A stretch of DNA of 62,134 bases, counting the filler, from Chiloscyllium plagiosum (Eukaryota), in NCBI RefSeq assembly GCF_004010195.1. It is 5 parts of one record of this genome, joined end to end, with 100 filler letters (N's around TTAATTAATTAA, not from the genome) between each part and the next. Parts side by side here need not be neighbours in the genome. Positions count along the whole stretch, not along the records: positions 29,236 to 50,877 come from NC_057716.1; positions 50,978 to 57,671 come from NC_057716.1; 3 more parts are not named here. One strand, written 5' to 3'. Shown here piece by piece: positions 40,180-51,565 of the stretch. Numbering within the stretch: position 1 is the stretch's first letter; each line of letters opens with the position of its first letter. Position numbers and translations under genes: made by a program. The notes below the pieces were generated by a model, which made no database searches, had not been told where the DNA came from, and saw nothing but the letters and a program-made list of their open reading frames with translations.

Positions 40180-40600
40180 GGGTCACAGCTATTTATAATC
40201 GATTCAGTGACATAAAGAGTAATGAACATAAGTTTTCAGCTACAAAGCTAATAGGGAATGCAAGTTATAGGAGGTTAAAACAATGCTGTAAAGAGATATA
40301 GACAGGTTAAATGTGTGGCAGATGGAATATAATGTGAAGAAACAGGAGGATATCCTGCTTGGTAGTAAGATTAAGAAAGCAGAATTTTTTTCAAAAGGTA
40401 TAGGAAATGTAAATGTTGATGTTTGGAGGGACTTGAATGTGTTTGTACAAGGAAGACGGAGAGGTAATATTTGAGTACAAAAAAAACATTTTGGCAAATT
40501 GCATGTTAGCTTTTATTTAAAGATGATTTGATAACAAGAATAAAGAAATATTAGTAAAACTGTAGTCTTTTTGTGTATAGTGAGCAATTCTGTCTCCATA
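40180..40600 (+). mobile_element. old CR1 RT remnant
   Basis: gatatagacaggtta...tggcagatggaatataatgtg (DIDRL...WQMEYNV). Confidence 0.65.
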
Positions 40601-41039
40601 TTACAATGAAACAAATCATAACCTGGAATTACTTTTAGCATTCTTGCCTTATCCTCAAAAGACCAGTAAAATATGTTGAGTGTGTGTGGGTTCCTTCAAG
40701 CCTGAAGTGGTATGGTGTCCATGAGGATAACCACCTTTCTGGTTTAACTAGAAGAGACTATGCTGAGTAAACATAAGAAGTTTCATGCATTACTGCAACT
40801 ATTTACAGATAAAATGTCTATGATCGACATTACTACAGTGACTACGAGGAGCACACTAATCTCAGATTAATCTTCTACCAGTTCCGACTTTGTATAGATA
40901 TTCTCTAATTAACCTGCTCAGGGATATTATTACACACTTTTGGAGAAGGTGAAACTTGAAGTAAGGCCTCCTAGCTTAGAGATAGGGACACAACTGCTGC
41001 AGCATAAAACTCCTAAATTTCACCATCTAAGTCCTCAGA

Positions 41040-41230
41040 TCATAAGAAATAGGAACAGGAGTAGGCCATTTGACCTCTTTGAATCTGTTCCACCATTCAG
41101 TAGGATCATAGCTGATCCGACATTCCTCTTTTGTATGTTTTCCCTGTAACGCTTGATTCCCCTACTGATCAAGAATCTATCGATCTCAGCTTTAAATATA
41201 AACAAGGACTCTATCCCCACAGCTCTGAAG
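41040..41230 (-). mobile_element. CR1 3' tail
   Basis: cataagaaataggaacaggagtaggccatt...gatcatagctgatc. Confidence 0.75.
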
Positions 41231-44200
41231 TTTGTATGCATTTGATGGTGCAGGCCTGACTGAGTCAGGGGCCTCAATACAATCCTGTGGTTTTAGAAAT
41301 CATTTGATCTGCAATGAAACTTTGGTATTGCACATTCTCATGTCAGTTCAGAAGCTCCCTCTTTCAGTTCTGCCAATCCTTCATCTGTATATGCTATTTT
41401 ACACATATTGAATGTTTGACTGACATTTGATTCGCAAAGACTTGAGTAAGCATCTATATCCTCCTTCAGTCAAAGCAAGCTAATGACTTAAATATTATTG
41501 TAGTCACTTCAAAAGAACACATCAAAAATATTTCGATATTTCCCAAGGAACAAGGTATAGACATAGAATGAAATTCACTAAACCTTCTCGTTGAGAGTAT
41601 GAGTAAAATGACCATTATATCCCTGCTCCCATGTGGATGAACTTTGTAAGATCTTGTGCTTAGCGACACAGCTCAAATGTTTTTTGGATCATATTAATGT
41701 CCCAATGGTTTTGTACTGTTAGGTAATTACCTTGAAGCTATTGTATTGTATACAGGTTTCATATTGTATAATGGCAACATGTCTTGTATTATGTGACTGA
41801 GCATTCAATAAAGAAATTTAATCATAAAACATAATATAGAAACTTTGTAAGAAAGCTGAGGTGAGATGTTATAAGATTTTGCACATTTTATTTGGGCTAA
41901 TAAAAGGGAAACAATTTCATTAAAAAAAATAGTAATCTAGCTTCTAAGTACCATCTTCTGAAATGTAGTCGCCACAGGCTTTGTTCATGATGAATTTGTC
42001 ATTAAACCTCTCACACCTGCTTAGCAACACAACTCCACAGCGTTGAAGTTTTCCTCTTGGTGCCTGTCTCGTTTACTTGCTCCCCAGCAGGGTCCGGCAA
42101 TGCTAATGGACTCACAGCAGTGCAGCGTACTGCAGTTATTACAGGTCTAATTCAGTCATTAACATTTCATTAATGGAATGGCCTCCTGGCTGTCTGCATG
42201 ATTGCCTGGGATATTGATGAACACTCCAATTCTGCCAACTGCCACTTAATAGAAGACTTCCACTAGATGAAGTCTGCAGAATATAGCAGACTGGCAGGGG
42301 ACAAAAAAAAATCCCATTGTGGAGTGGCCTACCAAAAGGCTCATCTAAACACATTTATCCTGGCTCCTCTGGGTGTCAGGGCAAATAAAATGGAGAGACA
42401 ACAAGACAATCTATTGAAATGTCATGTGCTGTTTCATCGTGGGAGACATCTCAAGCTCAGTGTATGGGCACATCCTTCATTCCTTTATGCAGTTTTCTCA
42501 TCCGTTAAGGGAATTTGTTCTCTCTCTCGATTAAACTGGGGTGATTCGGTCACATGAAAGCAAAAGCAAAACATGATCTTAATTTGTTCTCATTTTTTTA
42601 CTTTAACATAGCAAACTTGCATTGTGAGGAGTCATAAACAGAATGTAAATACATAGCATATGTACAGCCTGGAAAGAATTTACCTATCTTGCTTTCTGCA
42701 AAGTCTCAAAAATATATGACTTGCATCAGAGTAATATTTTAAACAATTATTTCAAAGTGAATATGTTTGGTCAAAACTGAAATATTATAATATATACATT
42801 GATGACGCTAACTCTAAAACACTCATTTCGTCACTGTTCAAGAGTTATCTTGTCAGCCTTGCTTGTGGAGATATTTCTCAAATCTTATCACTGGTTGTGA
42901 TATGACCTTTACTCCTTTTTCTAGTTCCACATAAATTTTAAAAATAAACACTCTTATACCTTTATTATGATGGAAACAAAAGCCGTGAAATACAACAAAG
43001 TCAAGATGTAAATGGGAAAAGAGACAGTGAGCAGAATTTGCTGTCAAAATATTGTTGAGGCTAATGGGACTCCCTATTATTTATGAACAAGTAGTACATT
43101 TACTTCAGGCGAGAAATTCGAATATCAAAAGGTTGTTGCACTGCTCCACTCTCTGCTTTGTGACAATGGCTTCTTGCTTGCTCTTCGTCTCTTGTTTTTC
43201 TGCAGGAATGTGCTGTAATTTCCCATTACTTACCCATTCAAAGTGACACAGAAAATGAAGTCTTGTCCTTAAAAGCATAAGCACCATTTTAAAAATCTGA
43301 TAAGTATTAATGACTGCCAACTGGTTTCTCTGGGCTAAAAGTGAACCGCTACAAATGTATTATTTATTCAGGTTTAGAATTTCTCCATGAAATTTGAGAA
43401 GCGTGATGTATCATTTTAAATTGTATTCTCTTTCTCTCCTTTGTTTTCCACCTACTCCAATCTTGCTTTCTTTATTTCTCTTTCTTGTGTCATTTGAGAT
43501 CAACTTTAGCTGGTTTACCTAATTCACAATCTAATTCAATCTTTCCACTGCTTTCAAAACCTTAAATTCTATTGGATAAGATTAAATCCTGTTGGGTGCC
43601 CCGTTCGTCCATATCCCAGATGCCCAAATTTTGACTGTGACATTATCAATTCACACTTCGGCAACTTTGTGGACACACTTTTGTTTAAGTTGAAAGCAAA
43701 TTGGTTAATCTGACTAAGGGCACATAAAATTAAATGCCCAAAACAGTAGAAATAGGCTCATTGAGTAAGGCATCAGTCCAGTGACTTAGCAAAGCTTACC
43801 GGATAAAAATAAGAAATGCTAAGAATTCACAGCCAGAATGTCAGTAGAGAAAAGGTAGGTTACAAATTTTCTGTGTACAACACACTCCAAAGATTTTGAC
43901 GGACCCTCTCATGCTTTCAGCATTTTCTTCTGTGCTTTAACCATTCTATTGTTCTGTTGTATACTATTTCCAGCATTTTCCAGCATTTCAATAGGCAAAG
44001 GTTCTTTTTTTTAATCAATACCTAAAATGTAGCACCTACCATACAATAAAACCATTTAGGATCAGAGTCAGTGACATGAAATATCTGTACAAGTGAAAAA
44101 CAAATTCGGCAGACCCACCAAAATGGAGAGAGCTTCGAACATATTTGAAATTGGTGGATAATTGGGAAATGTATGGTACAACAGTAGCATAAACAAGTTA

Positions 44201-45211
44201 ATAAAAACAAGCAGATTTAATGTATTATGCAGTTGCATTAACTAGAAAGGGAAAGAAAATAACAAAAAAATACATTAGTGGGCTGTACAATTAGGTCACA
44301 TTTTGCACAAAACATTTTGGCCAACAATTTAGACAATTGAAAATAGGAGTGCAAATAATAGAGTCCCAGAGTAGCTATTTCAAATGTCCCCATTAAATGC
44401 TTCATTTGCACCATAACTGCCCAATGTTAATTAAATTGACTTTTGTTTTAGCTTTGTGCTTCTCTTATTTCAAGCACTGAAGACAGTTAAGCTGCTTTAT
44501 AATTTCATGAGAAAGCGGCTTTGATATGGGAATAGTCACCGTGACATTCTTGCAGACACATCCTCACTCACTCATAACACAATGCCTTTATTAAGATGTT
44601 CATTTATTCAAAGTTCTTGCTTCAGATTTCTAACCAAGGAATATTATCTATCCAGTTATGAGCTTTATAAATCCTATTAAGTTGTGTTTCATCCCATTAT
44701 TGCAGCAATAAACAATGGCATTTTCACCTGTTTGAATAAACCTGCCACAGACGTTTGGCTGTTACTCAATTTATTGGAATTGTACTGAGAAGGTTCAAGA
44801 TGGTTGAACAGGTTTTCCTCTCAGGGATGAATTAAGGTCTAGCGATCCTGCAAAAACTTCTTAACATGGGGAAGAGGGTTTTGATTTATTAGCTTACTGT
44901 GTGGTTAGAGAAGTTTTATTTATGCTAAAATAACAGTACATTGCAGGCCTATTCCACTTATATGTTCTAGATGTGGATGCAGTCCAGAAAAGCCAGTTTG
45001 AAAAAGTCAATTAATAATGTTTTCTTTTCTCCCCTACCACTCATGAATCTCTCTCCATCACAGTGGTATAGAGGGCCTACGCCTACAAGACAGGCAGCAC
45101 AAATCCATCAGGTGAGCAGTCAATAAGGTCACCATTGTGAGCAGCTTACCACCGATATTTAATCGGTATTGAAGACTACTTCATCTCAGGCTTCAGGGTT
45201 CCATCATTTGG

Positions 45212-45538
45212 TGAAAGGGATCATTCCCCTTGCTCATTTGATGAGTAGTGATTGTAACCATGGCCGAGTGGATCTCATTGACCATACGACCCTTGATTGG
45301 GTTGTTAAGCTGGGCCAATCTGGGAGCCATGGCTGACAGATACAAACAGGACATGCCATTTGCTTGGATACAATAAAATAGCTGGTTAGGCCATAAAAAA
45401 AAAACATAAACAGGACATTCAGAAGGTCTCCTCTGTCTGGGGATTGGGTTTGAGCTGGTTCCTCACAGGCATTTGCAGTGCACATGCAAATAAAGGGTGA
45501 CTTGGTGATGGGATATCGAACTCTGTGCAGTTATTTCA
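45212..45538 (+). mobile_element. solo LTR with internal poly(A) insertion
   Basis: Inverted termini TGAAA...TTTCA; CCAAT (about 45315), TATA-like element, AATAAA (45489-45494). Confidence 0.6.
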
Positions 45539-46009
45539 TGGTGAAAGGGGGATCGTTCTTCTTGCTCAGTTGACATTCACAAAATGGCCAAAATGAAATT
45601 TCTAATTCCACTTTTCTATTATACTTGGTCAAATAATTCTCAGACATGGAATAGTTATGCAACTGGTTGAAATGGTGATTAACAGTTGTGCAGCAGAGAA
45701 ATCAAATGAGTAAAAGTATAGTTCAAGAACTGATTTGATTATTTGTTACTGGAGCTAATTGAAAATGATCACGTTATTGATTCTGTTACAAATGTTTGGT
45801 GAACCTGACGTGCACAGCGAGGTTATTAATCAGAAATAAATTCAGGAATTTGATAAGCAAATGACTGGATGTTTCTTTCTAAATCCTAATACCCCATCGA
45901 TTGCTAAAACACAAATGCATTTGCAGCATGAATTAACCCTCAACAAATCATAGTTAATTTTCCTGAGGTCCCCTCATTATTTAAGGATCAGGCTTTTATT
46001 TTTTTAAAA

Positions 46010-46282
46010 TCAGAAATAGAATCCCTACAGTGTGGAAAGAAACCAAATGGCCCAACAAGTCTGCACCAATCCACCCCACCCAGACCCAGCATTCCCACCC
46101 TACATTAACGACAGCCAACCCACCTAACCTGCAGGTCTTTGGACTGTAAGAGGAAACCAGAACACCCGGAAGAAATCCATGCAGACCCAAAGGAGAATGT
46201 ACAAACTCCACACAGATAGTTTCCAAGGCTGAACTGAACCTGTGAGGCAGGAGGTCTAACTACTGAGCCACTATGTTGCCCT
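46010..46282 (-). mobile_element. V-SINE (decayed)
   Basis: Reverse complement of HE1-like head, body and tail. Confidence 0.8.
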
Positions 46283-46391
46283 AATTTTTAGGATTTCATA
46301 GAATCTCTATAATGTGGAAACAGGCCACGTGACCCAATAAATCCACACTGACCCTCCAAAGGGTAACCTACCCAAACCCCTTCCTTATTAC

Positions 46392-46709
46392 GAGAGAAAA
46401 TGAGGTCTGCAGATGCTGGAGATCAGAGATGGAAATGTGTTGCTGGAGAAGCGCAGCAGGTCAGGCAGCATCTAGGGAACAGGAGAATCGACGTTTCGGG
46501 CATTAGCCCTTCTTCAGGAATGAGGAAAGTTTGTCCAGCAGGCTAAGATAAAAGATAGGGAGGAGGGACTTGGGGGAGGGGCGTCGGAAATGTGATAGGT
46601 GGACAAACTTTCCTCATTCCTGAAGAAGGGCTAATGCCCAAAACGTCGATTCTCCTGTTCCCTAGATGCTGCCTGACCTGCTGCGCTTCTCCAGCAACAC
46701 ATTTCCATC
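46392..46709. mobile_element. Penelope inverted pseudo-LTR insertion with two hammerhead motifs
   Basis: 110-bp arms 46428-46537 and 46600-46709 with one mismatch; TSD CCCTTCCTTATTAC at 46378-46391 and 46709-46722. Confidence 0.92.
46486..46521 (-). ncRNA. minimal type-I hammerhead ribozyme
   Basis: Minus strand CUGAAGA-A-GGGC-UAAU-GCCC-GAAA-CGUC (core 46490-46517). Confidence 0.8.
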
Positions 46710-47389
46710 CCTTCCTTATTACCCCTGACTAATGCACCAAATCTACACATAGCAGAATGCTATGGGCAATTTAGCATGGCTAATTCACCTAACCTGTACA
46801 TCTTTGGATCATGGGAGAAAAGTGGAGCACCTGGGAGAAACCCATGCAGACCTAGTCACCCAAGGCCAGATCTGAACCTGGGCTCCTAACACTGTGAGGC
46901 AGCAGTGCCAACCACTAAGCCACCATACCACCCAACATATGATGAGCGTGATTATCAGTGTGATGCAAGCTTAGGTCTTCTGATAGTGCAGTACTGCTAG
47001 AAAAACCAATACCTCTCGCCTCTCTCTTTTTCTTTCTAACTATTGAAAGGAATCTAAATACTATGCATGTTGTAAGTATCATATTACTGCTCCACAGCCG
47101 GTATATAATATTCAGGTCTTATGTTCACATCTTTGCTAGCTAATGAATTGGGACACAGTATGGTCTCCCTTCCATGAGCTGTTGAAAAAGTTTTCTCCTA
47201 CTGGGGCCCTAGAAAGCAGGACAATTGGAAGGCTATTTAAAAGAAACCTCTACCAAGTTACTTGATTAGATTGTTAGCAAGCACTGCCCACCTAGGGCAC
47301 CATCAAAATGGAAGATTGTTTTACTTTAAAACATCTCCCACTTAATCCTGTTGGAAAGATGATGAATGGAAATCCTACTAGACAGAGGA

Positions 47390-47495
47390 ATTCTCAGAAA
47401 GAATCACTCAATCTGAAACGTGAATTCTGATTTCTCTCCACAGATGCTGCCAGACCTGCTGAGCTTTTCCAGAAATTTCTGCTTTGGTTTGTGTT
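47390..47495 (+). mobile_element. short PLE-type terminal element, family C (decayed)
   Basis: gaaacgtgaattctgatttctctccacagatgctgccagacctgctgagcttttccag shares the gatgctgcc-gacctgctg block with family A. Confidence 0.55.
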
Positions 47496-48662
47496 TATCC
47501 TGTCAGAATCTGCAGTGAAGGACAGGCAGCACTGTAGATATTTTTAATCCACTTGCCCACCAGATAGGTCATAATACACCTCTGGAGCAGATGGGACCAA
47601 AACTGAGCCTCCTGACCCTGAGGCTTGTTATATTAAATCTAGTGATGTCGTTGCTCACAATCCTAAATTATTTAACCACATGAGCTTTCTTAATCAAATT
47701 TGCTCTGCACCATTCTTTCGTGTGCTTTTCCCTCCTTTCTAGATACTTTGCAGCATTTACCATTTCATTAGCCAAGACAACATATGATCCTACATGTCAG
47801 CCGATAGCTGATTACTAGAACTTGACAATATGGCCTTTTGCTGTCGAACCAACTATATTTATGTCGCCATATACCCACAGTGTATGAATGAAACTGCATA
47901 TAAGATGACAAGGTCGAATCAATATTCCACCTTGCCACAGTCAAATTATTTGTCTTCACTACTGATGAATTAGACAGCTAAGTAGCAAGATAACACAAGT
48001 TACTTATTGCATTTTTTTTCTCTGTTTCATTAGTGACATGAATTTTCCTTTTGTTGCTGCAGTTAATTTACTATTACAAGAAGCCTACTCCTCCGGAATT
48101 AACTTGTATTATTGAAGTATTTAAATTGTATTTGATTGTCAATTGATGCACATTGGAGTCCATGTCATGTGATAATGAATAAAATGAGAAAGCTTTTGGA
48201 AATGAGAAGTTTTTTTTAAAAAAATGAACATTGTTTACACTTACCTGCAAATATACTCTAGTTTTGCACTTTTGAAATGTACCATAAACAGTTCACTGGA
48301 TTTATATCCATTGTTATTGAAAGGCCAAATTAAGAGGTTCTCCTCCTCTTTCATTCCCAGCACCAATGCCTTCCCAACAATAGACAATTATTCCAAAAAT
48401 GGGAAATTAAGGAGGAATTATAACTGCCAGCGGATTTCTGTTTGGGAAGTATTGGATTTCTTAAACACTCCACTTACCAGTTTACTAATGAGACGGGGAA
48501 GAATAAAGGTGGAAGTGGCTATTGACCGAAGGAAATTAATGCACTCAGGTAAGTGTAGGAAACGAGCTTTGTGGAGGTGGTGGGAGAGGGGCGGATCTTG
48601 TGCCACAGGAGATATAGGAGTCCTTATATTTAATTATGGGGCCCAGACACATTTAAAAAACC

Positions 48663-48892
48663 TGAAATAAATACAAAATGCTGGAGAAACTCAGTGGGTC
48701 TGGCAACATTTGCAGAGAGAGAAATAGAGTTAATGATTTGAGTTCAATATGACTATTCTTCAGAAAAAGAGTTCTAAAGAAGAATGATATTACAGAGAAG
48801 AGTTGTATTAGACTTAAAACATTGACTCTGTTTCTCTCCCTACTGATGCTGACAACCTGCTGAATTTCTCCAATATTTTCTCAATTTATTTC
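48663..48892. mobile_element. old fold-back element, family C (two inverted arms)
   Basis: Left arm aaaatgctggagaaactcag...ttcttcagaa is the imperfect reverse complement of the right arm ...gatgctgacaacctgctgaatttctccaatatttt. Confidence 0.65.
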
Positions 48893-50671
48893 AAAACTGT
48901 GGCATCTGCAGTATTTTGCCTTTGTTTAAGAAAGCCATATATTTATTTTGAATGGGCTTTACAGTTTCAAATCCTCTTCACGTTTGGTTGTACCTGGTGA
49001 AAAAAACCATCAGCACTCCATGATATTAATGGGCAATAATTTGCATATTTAAAGAATGAAGTTGCCTACGTTAGGCAGGTATTTTGCCTGCCTGATCGGA
49101 AGGTTAGGTTAAAATTCAAGATGAGAGAATCCTGCTGGACACCAACAGCAAGTCAGTCAACTGATTTTAAATGTCCACCTGCTGGACAGAAACTGATAGC
49201 AGGTACGGTTAAAGTTGGCGCTCATGTTAGTGTTACAACAAAACTGAATCAACAGTGACCTTTAGTGGTCAGATGATGTGCAAGTACTAACAGATAAAGT
49301 GGAATTTTCTTGAAGAAAAGGCAATAGTAGTCACTAGCCAAACAATAATGAAACATCCTACACTATTCATAAAATGTGGAAACAGTATTTCTGAAAACAT
49401 TATTTGGTATATGCATATAAACCAAAGCGCGCTCCAAGCTAGTAAATCAAATGTGGAAAGTACCCTTGAAAATTCATTAAATTGTCTTCAGTATGTAAAA
49501 TGACTGCTGAGAAATTTTGATTAATTTCCACACAAATGCAAGAAAATGTGAAGTGGCAATGGGAAATTATTTCACTGCTGCCGTGTGCCTTTGGGTTCCT
49601 GGTTAAACAGTGCATACTCAGTTGTTTACTCTGGAGTCATTCCAGCGCTGTGGAAAAGCAGCACTTTGGCAGTGGAAGTGCAAGACTGGAGTCACACTGA
49701 TGTGAATGAATCAAGAGCTACTCTCCACAGAGACACTCCTAGGGGGTTCTCCCATAGAAAAGTGACTTGTTTATTGCTGCACAGCAGTCTTGAGCTTTGA
49801 AGAAACAAAAGCAAATGTGCCACATGTGCATCACAGCTCAGCAAACAATATAATCTGCAGGATTCTCTATTCAGGATCATTTGAAGAGAAATAAAAGGAC
49901 ACAATCATTATTATAATAAACTATACATATGTTATACTCCTGTGAAATTTCTGAAAAGTATAATTAAATTATACTGCAGCACCTGTCAATTGATTATGAG
50001 CATCCTTCGGATCAAATACCACAATATGCAAATGTACCTTTTCTCTATTTCTGTGGCATTTCCCTAAGAAAACTACGAATGAGCCATTGCTAGTCATGTG
50101 AGTCACACAGAGCGTTTATTATGAATGCAAGTAACCTTTTCACTGCATTGTGTAAACTACCAAATCTCAGCAAATACAAATATACATAATCTACAGTTTA
50201 GTGATGGGAATCTGTTGGTCATTCTAAATAATTCAAATGTTGTTGTTGCAATGTTTCATAATCTCCCCAGGAAAATGACTGCTTTGCATGTTGCTAATGT
50301 TTATGATGGTTTTAGTAAATAAGCAGTCGCAGTGAGTTTAGTGAATAATTGGATGGTTAGTGTGGATAACACCAATAAATTAGAACCAAATTACCCTTGG
50401 TTAGTATTCTGATGATGGATGATGGAAGTAGGACAGGGGGTTGGTTGATGTTTGCCATTTCAGCTATCTTCTCTTCCCCCTTATTTATCCTGACCTGAAC
50501 TCCTAGTTTCCTTTAATATCTCCATGTCATTTGCTTGGACTTCCAAAATTCTTCCAATCCATGAGGTCCTTTCTTACTTTCTTGAACTTCCATTCTACTC
50601 AATTGCTAATTAATTCACTCATTTCCCGATGACCTCCCAAAAGGTCCTTGCACTCAGAACTCCTTTCCTAC

Positions 50672-50877
50672 AAGGTAAAAACAATGACTGCAGATGCTGG
50701 AAACCAGATTCTGGATTAGTGGTGCTGGAAGAGCACAGCAATTCAGGCAGCATCCGAGGACAGGCAAAATCGACGTTTCGGGCAAAAGCCCTTCATCAGG
50801 AATAAAGGCAGAGAGCCTGAAGCATGGAGAGATAAGCTAGAGGAGGGTAGGGGTGGGGAGAGAGTGGCATAGAGTAC
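50672..50877 (-). mobile_element. Penelope pseudo-LTR with intact hammerhead core (50772-50799)
   Basis: Minus strand CTGATGA-A-GGGC-TTTT-GCCC-GAAA-CGTC; runs into gap. Confidence 0.88.
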
Positions 50878-50977
50878 NNNNNNNNNNNNNNNNNNNNNNN
50901 NNNNNNNNNNNNNNNNNNNNNTTAATTAATTAANNNNNNNNNNNNNNNNNNNNNNNNNNNNNNNNNNNNNNNNNNNN
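50878..50977. other. artificial gap spacer
   Basis: N44-TTAATTAATTAA-N44. Confidence 0.97.
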
Positions 50978-51480
50978 CTATCACCTTCATCCCCTCCCCC
51001 ACTCACCTATTGTACTCTATTTTTTTTTTCTCCCTGCAGCGCCCACCTCTCCCTGAACAATTCCAGGGTGTTGGTGGACACCGTGTTCTCCTGGTTATAT
51101 ATTTTTTTTTCCTGTTTCTATATTTTTTTTTCAACCCCCACACTACCACCTAAGTGCAGTAGTGCTTATTTTATCCCCAGAACCCATGGTGTGTGTGTGC
51201 AGGTGTGAGACACAGTGAAAGACAAAGTGCACGAATCTTTATTCAATTTCCACCACCAGGAAGATAGGAAAACACCCGGGTGGCCAGTGACAAGCACTGC
51301 CCTTCACATCACCTATTGTACTCTATTCTGCTTTCTCCCCACCCTCCTCTAGCTTATCTCTCCACGCTTCAGGCTCACTGCCTTTATTCCTGATGAAGGG
51401 CTTTTGCCCGAAACGTCGATTTCGAAGCTCCTTGGATGCTGCCTGAACTGCTGTGCTCTTCCAGTACCACTAATCCAGCA
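50978..51480 (+). mobile_element. Penelope pseudo-LTR with intact hammerhead core (51390-51417), interrupted by an insertion
   Basis: CTGATGA-A-GGGC-TTTT-GCCC-GAAA-CGTC; near-identical to 17385-17545. Confidence 0.88.
51022..51308 (-). mobile_element. poly(A)-tailed retroposed insert, probably Tx1/L1-clade 3' sequences
   Basis: TSD TCACCTATTGTACTCTATT at 51003-51021 and 51309-51327; T-run at left end; minus strand has AATAAA and a short peptide VSTNTLELFRERWALQG. Confidence 0.7.
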
Positions 51481-51565
51481 ACGTGTCTACACCTGGCTTC
51501 AGTTAGAAAGTTGCATAAGAGTCATTGACTATGGTTGCAGAGGGTAGTTCTTTAGTAGCCATCCT

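Larger units (their letters stand above)
46295..46935 (-). mobile_element. V-SINE interrupted by a PLE fold-back insertion
   Basis: SINE tail 46295-46391 and body/head 46709-46935 rejoin across a 14-bp TSD. Confidence 0.85.

Noticed and set aside
48224..48670. 148-aa ORF with GGTAAGT-like splice motifs
   Set aside because: No domain similarity; the motifs occur in both orientations and look repeat-derived or random
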